A stretch of 64,000 nucleotides of DNA from an uncultured Pelagibacteraceae bacterium (lineage in GTDB: Bacteria > Pseudomonadota > Alphaproteobacteria > Pelagibacterales > Pelagibacteraceae). The notes under the pieces are model-generated. The model worked only from the letters and a program-made list of their open reading frames with translations, made no database searches and was not told the origin of the DNA. The translations under genes were made by a program, and so were the position numbers. The DNA is taken from assembly GCA_902542165.1 (NCBI GenBank), contig CACBTF010000002.1, positions 8,446 through 72,445 of the forward strand, read 5' to 3'. Positions 1-13,577 of the stretch are shown here, piece by piece (the stretch's first letter is position 1; each line of letters begins with the position of its first letter).

Positions 1-1
1 A

Positions 2-535
2 AAATCTATTCCAGAAAATTTCTTAACTGATCTCAACTCAAAAGAAATTTATATCAATCCTACAGGACAGTTTATAATAGGAGGACCTGACGGTGATACA
101 GGCTTAACTGGAAGAAAAATTATAGTTGATACTTATGGAGGTGCTGCACCTCATGGAGGAGGAGCGTTTTCAGGAAAAGATCCTACTAAAGTAGATAGAT
201 CAGCAGCATATGCATCAAGATATCTTGCAAAAAATATTGTAGCTGCTGGCGTATCCAGTAAATGCTTAATACAATTAGCGTATGCTATAGGAGTATCTAA
301 ACCTCTATCGATTTTTATAAAATTAGCTGATGATGACGAGGGAAAAGTTGATAAAGTAAAAAAAATCATTGAAGATAATTTTAATTTATCTCCAAGGGGG
401 ATCAGAGAAATGTTGCAATTGAACAATCCAATTTATGAGATAACGTCTGCCTACGGTCACTTTGGTAGAAAGTCGACTAATAAGGGTGAATTTACGTGGG
501 AAAAAACAGATAAAATTGATTTATTTAAACTGTAA
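2..535 (+). CDS. metK: S-adenosylmethionine synthetase, 3' part (5' end outside window)
   Basis: Frame 2 read by hand: [53 protein letters not shown]...AYGHFGR; stop TAA at 533-535. Not in the ORF track because there is no start in the window. Confidence 0.96.
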   Translation, partial: KSIPENFLTDLNSKEIYINPTGQFIIGGPDGDTGLTGRKIIVDTYGGAAPHGGGAFSGKDPTKVDRSAAYASRYLAKNIVAAGVSSKCLIQLAYAIGVSKPLSIFIKLADDDEGKVDKVKKIIEDNFNLSPRGIREMLQLNNPIYEITSAYGHFGRKSTNKGEFTWEKTDKIDLFKL

Positions 536-589
536 TCTTGAAAAAACCATAATTTTCTTTTAAAGATAATTAAAGATAATTGAACTTTC

Positions 590-616
590 AAAATGGGCAC
601 TAGCCCATTTTTTTTT
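590..616 (+). terminator. Terminator-like leader hairpin directly upstream of nusA (rimP/nusA-leader type)
   Basis: AAAATGGGC-ACTA-GCCCATTTT running into a T9 tract (608-616), then AGGAGA RBS and ATG at 629. Confidence 0.75.
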
Positions 617-628
617 AGGAGAGATAAA

Positions 629-2179
629 ATGTTAAATAGAGGGCTAGATAAATTAGAGCTTTTAAGAATTGTAGATGCTGTAGCCAACGAAAAGTCTATT
701 GATAAAGAGTTGGTTATAGGCTCTATGGAAAGTGCCATTCAAAAAGCAGCTCTTACTAAATTTGGAAACGATAATAATATCGAAGTAATAATTAATAGAG
801 AGACGGGTGACATAAAAATTCAGAAAGTTTTAGATATTGTTGAAAAAGTAGAAGACTCTGCAAGAGAGATTACATTGGCGGAAGCACAAAAAAATTATCC
901 TAAAAATAAGGATTTGAAATTAGGTGAAAAAATATTTGAAGAATTACCACAAATTGATTTTGGCAGAATTGCCGCGCAAAGTGCTAAACAAGTTATCAGT
1001 AGCAGAGTAAGAGAAGCAGAAAAAAATAGACAGTATGAGGATTTTATAGATAAGCAAGAGCAAATTTTAAGTGGCATAATTAAAAGATTAGAGTACGGAA
1101 ATGTAATAGTGGATCTAGGAAAAGCAGAGGGAGTAATTAAGAAGGATGAATTAATTCCCAGAGAAATTTTAAAAACTGGAGATAGAGTAAAAGCTTACTG
1201 TTATGAAGTCAGAAAAGAAATGAAAGGTCACCAAATATTTTTATCTAGGGCTCACCCGCAATTCCTTGCCAAATTATTTTTTCAAGAGGTACCAGAAATA
1301 TATGAGGGAACGATTGAAATTAAATCTGTTGCAAGAGATCCTGGGAGCAGAGCAAAAATTTGTGTACATTCTCAAGACTCATCTATAGATCCTGTGGGAG
1401 CTTGTGTTGGTATGAGAGGAAGCAGAGTTCAAACAATAGTTAATGAATTACATGGTGAGAAAATAGATATTATAAAATGGACAGAAGATTTACCTACATT
1501 AATTTCAGAGTCCTTGTCTCCCGCTGAAATTCAAAGAGTTCTTATAGATCAAGATAACAAAAGAATCGATATAATTTTAACTGAGGAAAACTTAAGTAAA
1601 GCCATCGGAAGAAGAGGCCAAAACGTTAGATTGGCATCTAAATTAACTAATTATGAAATTGATATTCTTACTGATAAAGAAGACTCGGAAAGAAGACAAG
1701 CTGAATTTAAAGATAGAACCGAAACCTTGATTAAAAACTTAGAAGTTGATGAGACATTAGGTCAACTTCTAGTTTCAGAAGGGTTTATCTCTATAGATGA
1801 AATAGCTCAATCAAACCCAGAGGACATTTCAAAAATTGAGGCAATAGACGAGGAAACTGCGAAAGAATTAATCACAAGGTCAAAAGAAACTTTGGTCAAA
1901 GAAAAAGAAGCAGTTGCATTAAAACTTAAAGAATTAGGTGTGGAGGAAAAATTAATAAATCTGAAAGGTATGACGCAAGGAATGTTAGTGATATTAGGTC
2001 AAAAAAACATAAAAAAATTGAGTGATTTCGCTGATTTATCTTCTGATGAATTAATAGGAGGTTTCGACGAAATAAAAGGAAAGAAGATTAGAATTGATGG
2101 CTATCTCGAGGAGTTTTCTTTATCAAGAAAAGAAGCTGATGATTTAATAATGTCAGCTAGAGAGATAGTTTACAAATAA
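629..2179 (+). CDS. nusA: Transcription termination/antitermination factor NusA
   Basis: FGRIAAQSAKQ, SRAHP, ARDPGSRAK, DPVGACVGMRGSRV, AIGRRGQNVRLA. Start moved from 593 to the ATG at 629 after the AGGAG RBS. Confidence 0.97.
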   Translation: MLNRGLDKLELLRIVDAVANEKSIDKELVIGSMESAIQKAALTKFGNDNNIEVIINRETGDIKIQKVLDIVEKVEDSAREITLAEAQKNYPKNKDLKLGEKIFEELPQIDFGRIAAQSAKQVISSRVREAEKNRQYEDFIDKQEQILSGIIKRLEYGNVIVDLGKAEGVIKKDELIPREILKTGDRVKAYCYEVRKEMKGHQIFLSRAHPQFLAKLFFQEVPEIYEGTIEIKSVARDPGSRAKICVHSQDSSIDPVGACVGMRGSRVQTIVNELHGEKIDIIKWTEDLPTLISESLSPAEIQRVLIDQDNKRIDIILTEENLSKAIGRRGQNVRLASKLTNYEIDILTDKEDSERRQAEFKDRTETLIKNLEVDETLGQLLVSEGFISIDEIAQSNPEDISKIEAIDEETAKELITRSKETLVKEKEAVALKLKELGVEEKLINLKGMTQGMLVILGQKNIKKLSDFADLSSDELIGGFDEIKGKKIRIDGYLEEFSLSRKEADDLIMSAREIVYK

Positions 2180-2183
2180 TGTT

Positions 2184-4364
2184 ATGGAAAAAGATAAAAA
2201 AAAAACACTTACGATTTCATCTAACTTAAAAAAGAAAATTGATACAACTTCGATATCAACTGCTGGTAAAAAATCATTTTCAGTAGAGAAAAAAAAACCT
2301 TTTAGAAATAATAAAACTGTTTATAAATCGCCAGTACCCCAAGATACAAATATTAATCCTGATTTAAAGAAAAAAAATTTTACTAGGAGATTTATAGAAC
2401 AACAAGCAACTAAAGATTTTATTAAAAAAGATAATAAGCCAGCTGGGAAAAGCAAACTTAAACTTAAAGGCCCAGTAGATAAACGTGATTTTAAGCTAAC
2501 AGTTTCAAGAGCATTAAACGTTGAGGAAATAGAAATTAAACAAAGGAGTTTAGCATCTGTAAAACGTGCAAGACTTAAAGAAAAGAAAAAACCAGACAGT
2601 GAGGAAAAAAAAGAATTTAAAAAAGTTTTTAGAGAAGTAAAAATTCCTGAACAAATAACTATTCAAGAACTGTCAAATCGAATGGCTGAAAAATCTAATG
2701 ATATAATAAAATTCTTATTTAATATGAAGGTAGTTGCTACCATCAATCATAACATTGATAAAGATACAGCCGAGTACATTGTTAAAGAATTTGGTCATAA
2801 ACCAGTCATCGAAGATGCGCCTTCATTAGAAACTAGTAAGTTAAAAGAAAAGTTTAAAGGAGAAGTTAAAACTAGACCTCCAGTGGTTACAATAATGGGA
2901 CACGTTGATCACGGAAAAACTTCTTTGCTGGACTCTTTAAGAGACACAAATGTTGTTTCAGGGGAGCATGGAGGTATTACTCAACATATCGGTGCTTACC
3001 AAGTAAAAACAGACGATAATAGATTGATTACATTTATAGACACTCCAGGTCATGCAGCATTTACTGAAATGAGGGCAAGAGGTTCAAAAATAACAGATAT
3101 AATAATTCTAGTAGTTGCTGCAGATGATGGAATAAAACCTCAAACGGTTGAAGCTATTAAACACGCTAAAGCAGCAAAAGTGCCAATAATTGTTGCAATT
3201 AATAAGTGCGATTTGCCAGAAAAAAACATAAGTAAAATAAAAAATGAGATGATGCAATATGAATTGATTGCTGAGGATCTAAGCGGCGATACATTATTTG
3301 TAGAAGTCTCAGCTTTAAAAAAAACAAATTTAGATAAACTTAAGGAGAGCATACTTTTACAGTCTGAAATTTTAGATTTAAGAGCTTCTTATAGCGATAA
3401 GGCAAGGGCAGTTGTAATTGAGTCCAAGATAGATAGGGGAAAAGGACCTGTTTCGACAATATTAATTGAAAATGGAAAATTGAAAAAAGGCGATTTCTTT
3501 ATTTGTGGTGACACATGGGGAAAAATTAGAGCAATGATAAATTATGAGGGAAAAATGGTAAACGAAGCACTGCCTTCAATGCCGGTTGAAATTCTTGGAA
3601 TGAATAGCTCAGCATATGCTGGTGCTGAATTTCTTGTGACTGAAAATGAGGAAGAGGCAAAAAAACTCTCAGAATTTAGAAAAAATAACTCTGCTCAAAA
3701 TAAAAATTTAGCAAAAGATAAAACCACTTTATTTGAGGATATAAAAGACAAAGAAGAATTAAACATTATAATTAAATCTGATGTGCAGGGCTCAAGCGAA
3801 GCATTAAAAATGGCGATCAATAAAATTGAACATAAAGAGGTTGAAGCTAAAATCATTTTATCAAATATTGGCATGATAAACGAAACTGATGTCGCTCTGG
3901 CAAAAGCATCCAATGCAATACTTATTGGATTTAATGTAAAGCCGAATAGAGAAGCCAAAAGATTAGCAGAAGAGCAGAAAGTTGAAATTAAATTTTTCAA
4001 TATAATTTATGAAGCAATTGATCATGTTCAAAAATCTTTATCAGGCCTTTTAGAGCCAGATACAAAAGAAACAGTTCTAGGTAGTGCTGAGATTCAAAAA
4101 ATATTTAAAGTTTCAAATGCGGGAAAAATTGCAGGATCAAAAGTAATTAGCGGAGAAATTAAAAGTAAATCTAAAGCCAGAATTATTAGAGATGGAGTGG
4201 TTGTTTTTAATGGTGAAATTTTGACAATTTTTAGAGAAAAAAACCAAGTAAAAGAAGTAGGAACAGGTTTAGAATGCGGAATAAGCATCAAAGATTTTAT
4301 AGACTTTAAAGAAAAGGATGTAATTGAGTCCTATCTTTCTGAGAAAATACAAAGATCAATTTAA
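2184..4364 (+). CDS. infB: Translation initiation factor IF-2
   Basis: RPPVVTIMGHVDHGKTS, GGITQHIGAY, DTPGHAAF, NKCD; follows nusA. Confidence 0.98.
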   Translation: MEKDKKKTLTISSNLKKKIDTTSISTAGKKSFSVEKKKPFRNNKTVYKSPVPQDTNINPDLKKKNFTRRFIEQQATKDFIKKDNKPAGKSKLKLKGPVDKRDFKLTVSRALNVEEIEIKQRSLASVKRARLKEKKKPDSEEKKEFKKVFREVKIPEQITIQELSNRMAEKSNDIIKFLFNMKVVATINHNIDKDTAEYIVKEFGHKPVIEDAPSLETSKLKEKFKGEVKTRPPVVTIMGHVDHGKTSLLDSLRDTNVVSGEHGGITQHIGAYQVKTDDNRLITFIDTPGHAAFTEMRARGSKITDIIILVVAADDGIKPQTVEAIKHAKAAKVPIIVAINKCDLPEKNISKIKNEMMQYELIAEDLSGDTLFVEVSALKKTNLDKLKESILLQSEILDLRASYSDKARAVVIESKIDRGKGPVSTILIENGKLKKGDFFICGDTWGKIRAMINYEGKMVNEALPSMPVEILGMNSSAYAGAEFLVTENEEEAKKLSEFRKNNSAQNKNLAKDKTTLFEDIKDKEELNIIIKSDVQGSSEALKMAINKIEHKEVEAKIILSNIGMINETDVALAKASNAILIGFNVKPNREAKRLAEEQKVEIKFFNIIYEAIDHVQKSLSGLLEPDTKETVLGSAEIQKIFKVSNAGKIAGSKVISGEIKSKSKARIIRDGVVVFNGEILTIFREKNQVKEVGTGLECGISIKDFIDFKEKDVIESYLSEKIQRSI

Positions 4365-4368
4365 AATA

Positions 4369-4767
4369 ATGAGAAATCAATCTACACAAAGAACTTACAG
4401 CCAAAGACAATTAAGGGTTGGGGAGTTAGTAAAACAAAATCTAGGTGAACTGTTTATTAGAAATGAAGCTAAGATACCCTCTTTTAATTCAAAGTTAATT
4501 ACAGTTACAGAAGTCAGAATGACACCAGATTTAAAAACTGCTAGAGTTTACGTTATTCCTTTAGGGGGAGTAGATACAAAGGAAACAGTTAGGATCTTGA
4601 CTGAAAACGCACATCTTGTTAGAAGAGCCTTATCTAAAAGGCTAGATATTAAGTTTCTTCCTAAACTCACTTTTGTAGAAGATAACTCATTTGAATATGC
4701 TGAAAAGATTGAGAAAATTATAAAAAAGAATAAAGAAAATGATAAAGAAAAAAAAAGATACAATTAA
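4369..4767 (+). CDS. rbfA: 30S ribosome-binding factor RbfA
   Basis: SQRQLRVGELVK, ITVTEVRMTPDLKTARVY, PKLTF; ATG at 4369 preferred to the track start at 4324. Confidence 0.94.
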   Translation: MRNQSTQRTYSQRQLRVGELVKQNLGELFIRNEAKIPSFNSKLITVTEVRMTPDLKTARVYVIPLGGVDTKETVRILTENAHLVRRALSKRLDIKFLPKLTFVEDNSFEYAEKIEKIIKKNKENDKEKKRYN

Positions 4768-4999
4768 ATCATTAGCTACTCATAGCAAAGATGTTGGTTC
4801 TACTGAAATTCAAATAGGATTACTTACTGACAAGATTACTAAATTATCAGATCATTTTAAAAAATTTAAAAAGGATAAACATTCAACTTTAGGTTTGACT
4901 AAATCAGTTAATAAAAGAAAGAAACTCCTTACTTACCTTAAAAAGAAAAATGTTGAGTCCTATCAAAAGGTCATCAAACAATTAAATTTAAGGAAATAA
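4739..4999 (+). CDS. rpsO: 30S ribosomal protein S15
   Basis: [27 protein letters not shown]-terminal LNLRK; lies between rbfA and pnp. Confidence 0.93.
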   Translation: MIKKKKDTIKSLATHSKDVGSTEIQIGLLTDKITKLSDHFKKFKKDKHSTLGLTKSVNKRKKLLTYLKKKNVESYQKVIKQLNLRK

Positions 5000-7074
5000 T
5001 GTTTAAAATACATAAAGAAGAAATAGAAGTTAATGGTAAAAAATTAACTTTAGAGACAGGAAAAGTTGCTCGTCAAGCAGATGGAGCAATTATTGCATCA
5101 CTAGGTGAGACTGTGGTGATTGCTACAGCGGTAGGAGCAAAAAAATTAAATGACGGTCAAGATTATTTTCCTTTATCTGTAAATTATCAAGAAAAATATT
5201 ATGCGGCTGGTAAAATTCCAGGAGGGTATTTTAAAAGAGAAGCAAGACCTACTGAAGCAGAAACTTTAATTTCAAGATTAATAGATAGACCTATAAGACC
5301 TTTGTTTCCATCAAGTTTTCTTAATGAAGTTCAACTACTTCCAACAGTTCTATCTTATGACGGTGAAAACCAACCTGACATTCTGTCTATTATTGCCTCA
5401 TCAGCAGCACTTGCAATATCCGGATTACCATTTCAAGGACCTATAGCTGCGAGTAGAGTTGGGTATAAAGATGGAAAATATTTATTAAATCCATCTATAG
5501 AAGAATTAAAAGATTCAGAATTGGACTTAGTAGTTGCTGGAACAAAAGATGCAGTTTTAATGGTTGAGTCCGAAACGTCAGGATTATCTGAAAAGATTAT
5601 GTTAGACGCAGTGAAATTCGGTCATGAAAAATTTGTTCCAATAATTGAAGCTATAGAAAAGCTAGCAAAAAAAGCTGGAAAACCTAAATGGGAAGTTGAG
5701 GAAATCGACCACTCAGATGTTAAGAAGAAAATTGCTGAGAAATTTGAAACAGGCTTAAGAGGCGCCTTTAAAGAAATAGATAAAAAGAAAAGATCAACAG
5801 CAATATCTGAAATTGAAACTCAGTGTAAGGAAATGTTTGCTGAAGATGAGTCACTTACAGAAAATCAAGTAATGGCTCAACTAAAATCTCTAGAAAAAGA
5901 TATTGTTCGAACTGCAATTTTAAAAGATAAAAAAAGAATTGATGGGAGAGGTTTAGCAGATGTAAGACAAATTAGATGTGAAGTAGGTGTATTACCAAGA
6001 ACTCATGGATCTGCATTATTCACTAGAGGAGAAACCCAAGCACTTGTAGTAACTACACTAGGCATGGCAGACGATGGACAAAGATTAGAAAGCTTAGACG
6101 GTATGCAAAGATCCAACTTTATGTTGCATTATAACTTTCCTCCTTTTTCAGTAGGAGAATGTGGAAGAATTGGAACAGGAAGAAGAGAAATAGGACATGG
6201 CAAATTAGCATGGAGAGCAATAAACTCATCATTACCTATAAAAGAAAACTTTCCGTACACATTAAGGGTTGTTTCTGAGATTACTGAGTCCAATGGATCT
6301 TCATCTATGGCTACTGTTTGCGGAACTTCTTTATCTCTTATGGATGCAGGAGTTCCTATCAAAGAGCCGGTGGCTGGAATAGCTATGGGACTTATTAAAG
6401 AGGGAAAAGATTTTTCTGTATTATCAGACATTTTAGGTGATGAAGATCATTTAGGAGATATGGATTTTAAAGTTGCTGGTACGAAGAATGGAATTACATC
6501 GTTACAGATGGATATTAAAATCACTGGTATTACTTTTGAAATTATGGAAAAAGCTTTAGACCAAGCAAAAGCAGGAAGAGAACACATTCTTGGCGAGATG
6601 AACAAAGCTATAAAAACATCAAGAAAAGAATTTTCAAAACACACTCCAAAAATGGAAAAAGTGAAAATAGATAAAAAAGATATAGCTACAGTAATCGGCA
6701 AAGGTGGAGCAACTATAAGAGAGATCGTAGAAACTTCAGGGGCTAAAGTAGATGTAAATGATACAGGAGAAGTAACTGTTGCTGCTCCAGATGAAGTTTC
6801 AAGAAATAAAGCATTAGAATTTATTAAAAACTTAATCGCTAAACCTGAAATGGGAAAAATCTATAAAGGCAAAGTTGTAAAAATAATGGAGTTTGGAGCT
6901 TTTGTAAATTTTTTAGGAAAACAAGATGGTTTAGTTCACATTTCCGAGTTAGCTGATAAAAGAGTAGCTAAAGTGGGTGATGTTGTTAAAGAAGGCGACG
7001 AAGTTTCAGTTAAAGTAGTTGGCTTTGATAGGGGTAAAGTAAAATTATCAATGAAACAAGCTAAAGCTTCCTAA
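4999..7074 (+). CDS. pnp: Polyribonucleotide nucleotidyltransferase (PNPase)
   Basis: [47 protein letters not shown] and S1 domains. Confidence 0.98.
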   Translation: MFKIHKEEIEVNGKKLTLETGKVARQADGAIIASLGETVVIATAVGAKKLNDGQDYFPLSVNYQEKYYAAGKIPGGYFKREARPTEAETLISRLIDRPIRPLFPSSFLNEVQLLPTVLSYDGENQPDILSIIASSAALAISGLPFQGPIAASRVGYKDGKYLLNPSIEELKDSELDLVVAGTKDAVLMVESETSGLSEKIMLDAVKFGHEKFVPIIEAIEKLAKKAGKPKWEVEEIDHSDVKKKIAEKFETGLRGAFKEIDKKKRSTAISEIETQCKEMFAEDESLTENQVMAQLKSLEKDIVRTAILKDKKRIDGRGLADVRQIRCEVGVLPRTHGSALFTRGETQALVVTTLGMADDGQRLESLDGMQRSNFMLHYNFPPFSVGECGRIGTGRREIGHGKLAWRAINSSLPIKENFPYTLRVVSEITESNGSSSMATVCGTSLSLMDAGVPIKEPVAGIAMGLIKEGKDFSVLSDILGDEDHLGDMDFKVAGTKNGITSLQMDIKITGITFEIMEKALDQAKAGREHILGEMNKAIKTSRKEFSKHTPKMEKVKIDKKDIATVIGKGGATIREIVETSGAKVDVNDTGEVTVAAPDEVSRNKALEFIKNLIAKPEMGKIYKGKVVKIMEFGAFVNFLGKQDGLVHISELADKRVAKVGDVVKEGDEVSVKVVGFDRGKVKLSMKQAKAS

Positions 7075-7856
7075 GACATATTCTTGGGATCAGGCATTCC
7101 AACTTTATTATAACCAGCATCAACGTAATGAATTTCTCCTGTTACGCCAGCAGCTAAATCACTCAACAAATATAAAGCTGAGTTTCCAACATCATGAATA
7201 TCAACATTTCTTTTTAGAAAAGAATGATCTTCATTCCACTTATACAAAAACTTTGCATCGCCAATAGCTGAAGCTGCGAGTGTTTTAATAGGGCCAGCGC
7301 TTATTGCATTAACTCTAAGTTTTTTTTGTCCTAAGTCTCTTGCTAAATATTTTACGCTAGCTTCAAGTGCAGATTTACAGACACCCATTACATTATAATT
7401 CGGAATTGCTTTTGCAGACTCATATGTAAGCGTCAATAAACTACCATTTTCTCTCATGATTTTTGACGCTTCTTTAGAGACTTCAGTAAATGAAAAACAT
7501 GAAATTAACATGCTTTTTAAAAAGTTTTCTCTGGATGTATTTAGATATTCACCTGATAATTCTGATTTGTCTGAAAATGCAACGGCATGGACTACAAAAT
7601 CGATTTGACCCCATTGTGATTTGATATCTTCAAATAGTTTAACTACTTCCTCTTTTTTTTCAACATCACAACTAAAGGTTATCTTAGATTTTAGTTTTTC
7701 TGCTAGAGGTATAACTCTTTTTTTTAGAGCATCACCAAGATAAGTAAATGCCAACTCCGCACCTGCTTCTGCTAATTTTTGAGAAATTCCCCAAGCAATA
7801 GAACGTTCATTAGCAACGCCCATAATTAAACCTTTTTTTCCTCTCATTAAATCCAT
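7071..7856 (-). CDS. fabI: Enoyl-ACP reductase FabI
   Basis: [40 protein letters not shown]. Confidence 0.96.
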   Translation of the reverse strand: MDLMRGKKGLIMGVANERSIAWGISQKLAEAGAELAFTYLGDALKKRVIPLAEKLKSKITFSCDVEKKEEVVKLFEDIKSQWGQIDFVVHAVAFSDKSELSGEYLNTSRENFLKSMLISCFSFTEVSKEASKIMRENGSLLTLTYESAKAIPNYNVMGVCKSALEASVKYLARDLGQKKLRVNAISAGPIKTLAASAIGDAKFLYKWNEDHSFLKRNVDIHDVGNSALYLLSDLAAGVTGEIHYVDAGYNKVGMPDPKNMS

Positions 7857-7859
7857 TAT

Positions 7860-9071
7860 TTATACCTTTTCAAAAATTAAAGCGGCGTTTGTTCCTCCAA
7901 AACCAAAACTATTAGACATAACTGTATTTAATGTAATTCCTTTTTCTGTTTTAGAAATTATTGGAAATTTTTTTGCTTCTTCGTCCATGTCAGAAATGTT
8001 TGCTGAGCCTGCGATAAAGTTATTTTTCATCATTATTAAACAATAAATAGCCTCATGAACTGAAGCTGCACCTAACGGATGACCTGATAAAGACTTTGTT
8101 GAACTAATTTTTGGAACGTTTTCTCCAAAAGTTTTCCTCACTGCGTTTAATTCAGTTATATCTCCCACAGGCGTGGATGTCCCATGAGTATTTATGTAAT
8201 CAATTTTATTTTTTGCAGTGGACATTGCCATTTGCATACACCTTACCGCGCCTTCACCAGACGGAGCCACCATGTCATAACCGTCTGAGGTAGCACCGTA
8301 ACCTGTAAGTTCTGCATAAATTTTTGCACCTCTTGCTTTTGCATGTTCGTATTCCTCTAAAACTAAAACACCTGCTCCTCCCGCAATAACAAATCCATCC
8401 CTGGTTTTATCATAAGCTCTTGATGCAGTTTCAGGTTTATCATTATATTTGGAAGACAAAGCAGTCATGGCGTCAAACATTGCTGTCATAGCCCAATGAA
8501 CTTCCTCACTTCCTCCAGCAAAAATAATATCTTGTTTTCCAATTTGAATTAATTCCATAGCATTACCAATACAATGACCACTCGTGGCGCAGGCGGAGCT
8601 CATTGTATAATTTGTGCCTTTAATTTTAAACGGCACAGCTAGCGTAGCTGAAGCAGTACTGCCCATTGTACGTGGAACAATAAATGGCCCCATTAATTTT
8701 GGAGTTTTTGCTCTAGTTTTGTCCGCAGCAAGAATAACGTTCTCTATTGATGGTCCACCAGAACCCATTATAATTCCAGTTTTAAAATTGCTTACTTCTT
8801 TATCTTCAAGACCCGAGTCAGTAATCGCTTCTTTCATAGCGATATAATTGTAGGCGGAACCGGAGCCCATAAATCTAATTGTTTTTCTGTCAACAAAATC
8901 TGAAAGTTTAATATTAGGCTTGCCGTGTATATGACTTTTAAGATTATGTTCCTTGTATTCTTCAGCATATGAAATTCCTGATTTTGAGTTTAACAATGAC
9001 TGATGAACTTCTTCTTGGTTATTTCCAAGACATGACACTATGCCAAGACCTGATATCACTACCCTTCTCAT
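7860..9071 (-). CDS. fabB: Beta-ketoacyl-ACP synthase I
   Basis: [28 protein letters not shown]; downstream of fabA. Confidence 0.95.
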   Translation of the reverse strand: MRRVVISGLGIVSCLGNNQEEVHQSLLNSKSGISYAEEYKEHNLKSHIHGKPNIKLSDFVDRKTIRFMGSGSAYNYIAMKEAITDSGLEDKEVSNFKTGIIMGSGGPSIENVILAADKTRAKTPKLMGPFIVPRTMGSTASATLAVPFKIKGTNYTMSSACATSGHCIGNAMELIQIGKQDIIFAGGSEEVHWAMTAMFDAMTALSSKYNDKPETASRAYDKTRDGFVIAGGAGVLVLEEYEHAKARGAKIYAELTGYGATSDGYDMVAPSGEGAVRCMQMAMSTAKNKIDYINTHGTSTPVGDITELNAVRKTFGENVPKISSTKSLSGHPLGAASVHEAIYCLIMMKNNFIAGSANISDMDEEAKKFPIISKTEKGITLNTVMSNSFGFGGTNAALIFEKV

Positions 9072-9571
9072 GATTTAAATAATCCTACTTTTAAATTTTC
9101 TGCACGGTAAATAATCTTACCATCGGCGCTTAATAATCCATTTGCTAGACCAACAGCTGTTCCCTCTTTTCTCAAAATTCTTTTCATATTAATCTCATAT
9201 GTAGCTAACTTTATATTTTTTAGAACTTCACCTGTAAATTTTACAGAATTTACTCCTAAAGCTCTACCTTTTCCTGGTTCTCCAATCCATCCTAAGAAAA
9301 AGCCAACTAATTGCCACATAGCATCTAATCCCAAACATCCCGGCATTACTGGGTCTTTCTGAAAGTGACAATCAAAAAACCATAAGTTTTCTTTAATATC
9401 AAGTTCAGCTTTAATAAATCCTTTTTTAAACTCTCCAGCATTTTTCTTAATTTCTGTAATCCTGTCAAACATTAACATTGGAGGTAATGGTAGTTTAGCA
9501 TTTCCTTCACCAAATAATCTTCCCTCTCCGCACGAAATTAATTCATCATAGTTGTAGCTATTTTTTTGCAT
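9068..9571 (-). CDS. fabA: 3-hydroxyacyl-ACP dehydratase/isomerase FabA
   Basis: [34 protein letters not shown]. Confidence 0.96.
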   Translation of the reverse strand: MQKNSYNYDELISCGEGRLFGEGNAKLPLPPMLMFDRITEIKKNAGEFKKGFIKAELDIKENLWFFDCHFQKDPVMPGCLGLDAMWQLVGFFLGWIGEPGKGRALGVNSVKFTGEVLKNIKLATYEINMKRILRKEGTAVGLANGLLSADGKIIYRAENLKVGLFKS

Positions 9572-9622
9572 GATTAAGAGATTGTTTTACTTGATTTAGC
9601 AAAAGTTTTATATAGATTTGTG

Positions 9623-9639
9623 TTTAGAATCGTTATAAT
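9623..9639. promoter_or_regulatory. ICE-like (Irr) box upstream of irr
   Basis: TTTAGAA-TCG-TTATAAT versus the ICE consensus TTTAGAA-N3-TTCTAAA; overlaps a TATAAT hexamer. Confidence 0.6.
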
Positions 9640-9661
9640 CTAGCAAAATATTAAAAAAAAC

Positions 9662-10069
9662 ATGAAAAAAGTAGACATTTTTAAGAAATTAAGATCGTCA
9701 GGTTTAAGACCAACTAAACAGAGAGTAGAAATTGCTAAATTTCTGTTTGAAAGAGAGAAGACATTTCATTTTACAGTTGAGAGCTTAGAAAACCAGTTAG
9801 CTAAAAAATCAACTTGTAAATTTGCATTAGCAACAATCTACAACACAATTCATGCTTTCAAGAAAGCAGGACATTTAAGTGAAGTAGACGTTAGAGGAAA
9901 AAAAACTTATTTTGATACGAATATCACTAATCACCATCATTTTTATGATGGTGAAACTTCGGAATTGATTGATATTGATTCAAGTGAGGTGGTCATACAA
10001 AAAATCCCAAAAGCACCAAATGGTAAAAAAATCAAAAACGTAGAGGTATTTATAAATTTAAAGAATTGA
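9662..10069 (+). CDS. irr: Fur-family iron response regulator Irr
   Basis: GLRPTKQR, LATIYNT, FDTN..NHHHFY (HHH heme motif typical of Irr); divergent from fabA as is common in alphaproteobacteria. Confidence 0.85.
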   Translation: MKKVDIFKKLRSSGLRPTKQRVEIAKFLFEREKTFHFTVESLENQLAKKSTCKFALATIYNTIHAFKKAGHLSEVDVRGKKTYFDTNITNHHHFYDGETSELIDIDSSEVVIQKIPKAPNGKKIKNVEVFINLKN

Positions 10070-10080
10070 CAGTTTGTCGC
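10066..10080. promoter_or_regulatory. RegA/RegR/PrrA-like box upstream of katG
   Basis: TTGACAGTTTGTCGC fits the RegR consensus GNG(A/G)C(A/G)TTNNGNCGC with two mismatches; contains a GACA-N3-TGTC palindrome. Confidence 0.55.
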
Positions 10081-10091
10081 TTGCTTTTTAC

Positions 10092-12291
<2,200 letters not shown>

Positions 12292-12292
<1 letters not shown>

Positions 12293-12894
12293 TGAATGAG
12301 CAACTCTCTTCAGATTTTTATAAAGTTCCTGACATTACATTTGATATCAAAAAATTAAGAACAGAACTTGATAAAATTCTTAAGCAAAAAAAATTTAACA
12401 CATTAGGAATTACAAATTTTGCAGCTATTCCAATAAATAGAATTCCCGGGGATGCAGACTCGATAAAAGGACATAATGTAAGGGGTGAGTATTGGACAAT
12501 TCCTGATGAGTCTGGGAAAGAAGTCAAAAGAGACAAGTCAATAGATGAGTCAAAATATAAAGAAATTGTACCTGAATTCAGAAATACATATTTTGAAGAA
12601 GTCTATAACTTATTAAGTAAAAGATTTAAGCTCGGAAGGGTAAGAATTTTATTAAAAGAGCCTAGGTCTACTTTGAGTTGGCATAGAGATCCAGAGCCAA
12701 GACTTCATATTCCAATAATTACAAATCCAGGATGTAAAATGGTTATTGAAGACGTTGCAAAACACATGCCAGCAGATGGAACTGTGACTATTACTAATAA
12801 CACTAAGTACCACAATTTTTTTAATGGAGGTGAACAGGACAGAATCCACTTAGTTGCTTGCGTCTTAGAAAATCCTTTTAAGAAAAGTAATTAA
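12292..12894 (+). CDS. Aspartyl/asparaginyl beta-hydroxylase-like 2OG-Fe(II) oxygenase
   Basis: HxD (WHRD), RLHIPIITN, distal His (YHNF), DRIHLV; TAATG overlap with katG. Confidence 0.75.
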
Positions 12895-12906
12895 TTCAAA
12901 TTAAAC

Positions 12907-13128
12907 ATGACAGAGTTTAGTAGAGGAATATTTAAAGTTATTGCGAGCACGAGCGCAGGAAGAGCGTTAGTTTACACAATCGGGCACGTATGTATAGCTA
13001 TGACAGTTGTTTCAGTGCTAACAGGTGCAAGTTTATGGGAAGCAGGATTAGTAGCTCTAGTAGAGCCGACAATTAATGGATTTTGGTATTATTTGTTAGA
13101 TAAATTATGGACCAGATATATAAAGTAA
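12907..13128 (+). CDS. Small membrane protein, DUF2061-like
   Basis: YTIGH..IAMTV, ALVEP..N..WYY.LDKLW pattern; two hydrophobic helices. Confidence 0.65.
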   Translation: MTEFSRGIFKVIASTSAGRALVYTIGHVCIAMTVVSVLTGASLWEAGLVALVEPTINGFWYYLLDKLWTRYIK

Positions 13129-13133
13129 AATTT

Positions 13134-13577
13134 TTATAATAATCCCCACAAACTCTCTTTTTTAACCCAACCTTTAAATTTACCAGAATTTATTTTACAC
13201 CAATTTTCCTTACACTTTTTTATTTTCACTAATCTTCCTTTTTTTAGAATAGCGACTGGATTAGAATAAATTGTGGAACTTTTAAATAAAATTAAGTTAT
13301 CATCAATTACTATAGCTGCTTTCTTTTTTGATAGTTGCGAAATATGAATCCACCCCGAGTTATTTTCGTGATCTCTAATTTTTCTGAAATTATCAGATTT
13401 TTCTTGCACTAACACAGGTAAAAACTTTTTTTTATAAAAAATTTTTACCGGATAATCGAAGGATGGACCTTGACGTAAATTAACTTTTTCATTTCTTAAA
13501 GTTAAAAAATATTCTTCATTTGAGAAGAGGTTCCCAAAATTAAAAAAAAATACCAAAAAGAAAATTAATTTTTGCAT
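13134..13577 (-). CDS. Exported tandem bacterial SH3-domain protein
   Basis: Signal peptide, VNLRQGPS..YPV, GWIH..QLS, C...WC, GWV...LWG. Confidence 0.8.
   Translation of the reverse strand: MQKLIFFLVFFFNFGNLFSNEEYFLTLRNEKVNLRQGPSFDYPVKIFYKKKFLPVLVQEKSDNFRKIRDHENNSGWIHISQLSKKKAAIVIDDNLILFKSSTIYSNPVAILKKGRLVKIKKCKENWCKINSGKFKGWVKKESLWGLL

Noticed and set aside
593-628. N-terminal extensions given by the ORF track (nusA 593, rbfA 4324, ahcY 37109, AlkA-like 48811, NCS2 51757, Hsp20 52696, ybgC 61743)
   Set aside because: Downstream starts fit family N-termini, RBS positions or translational coupling better.
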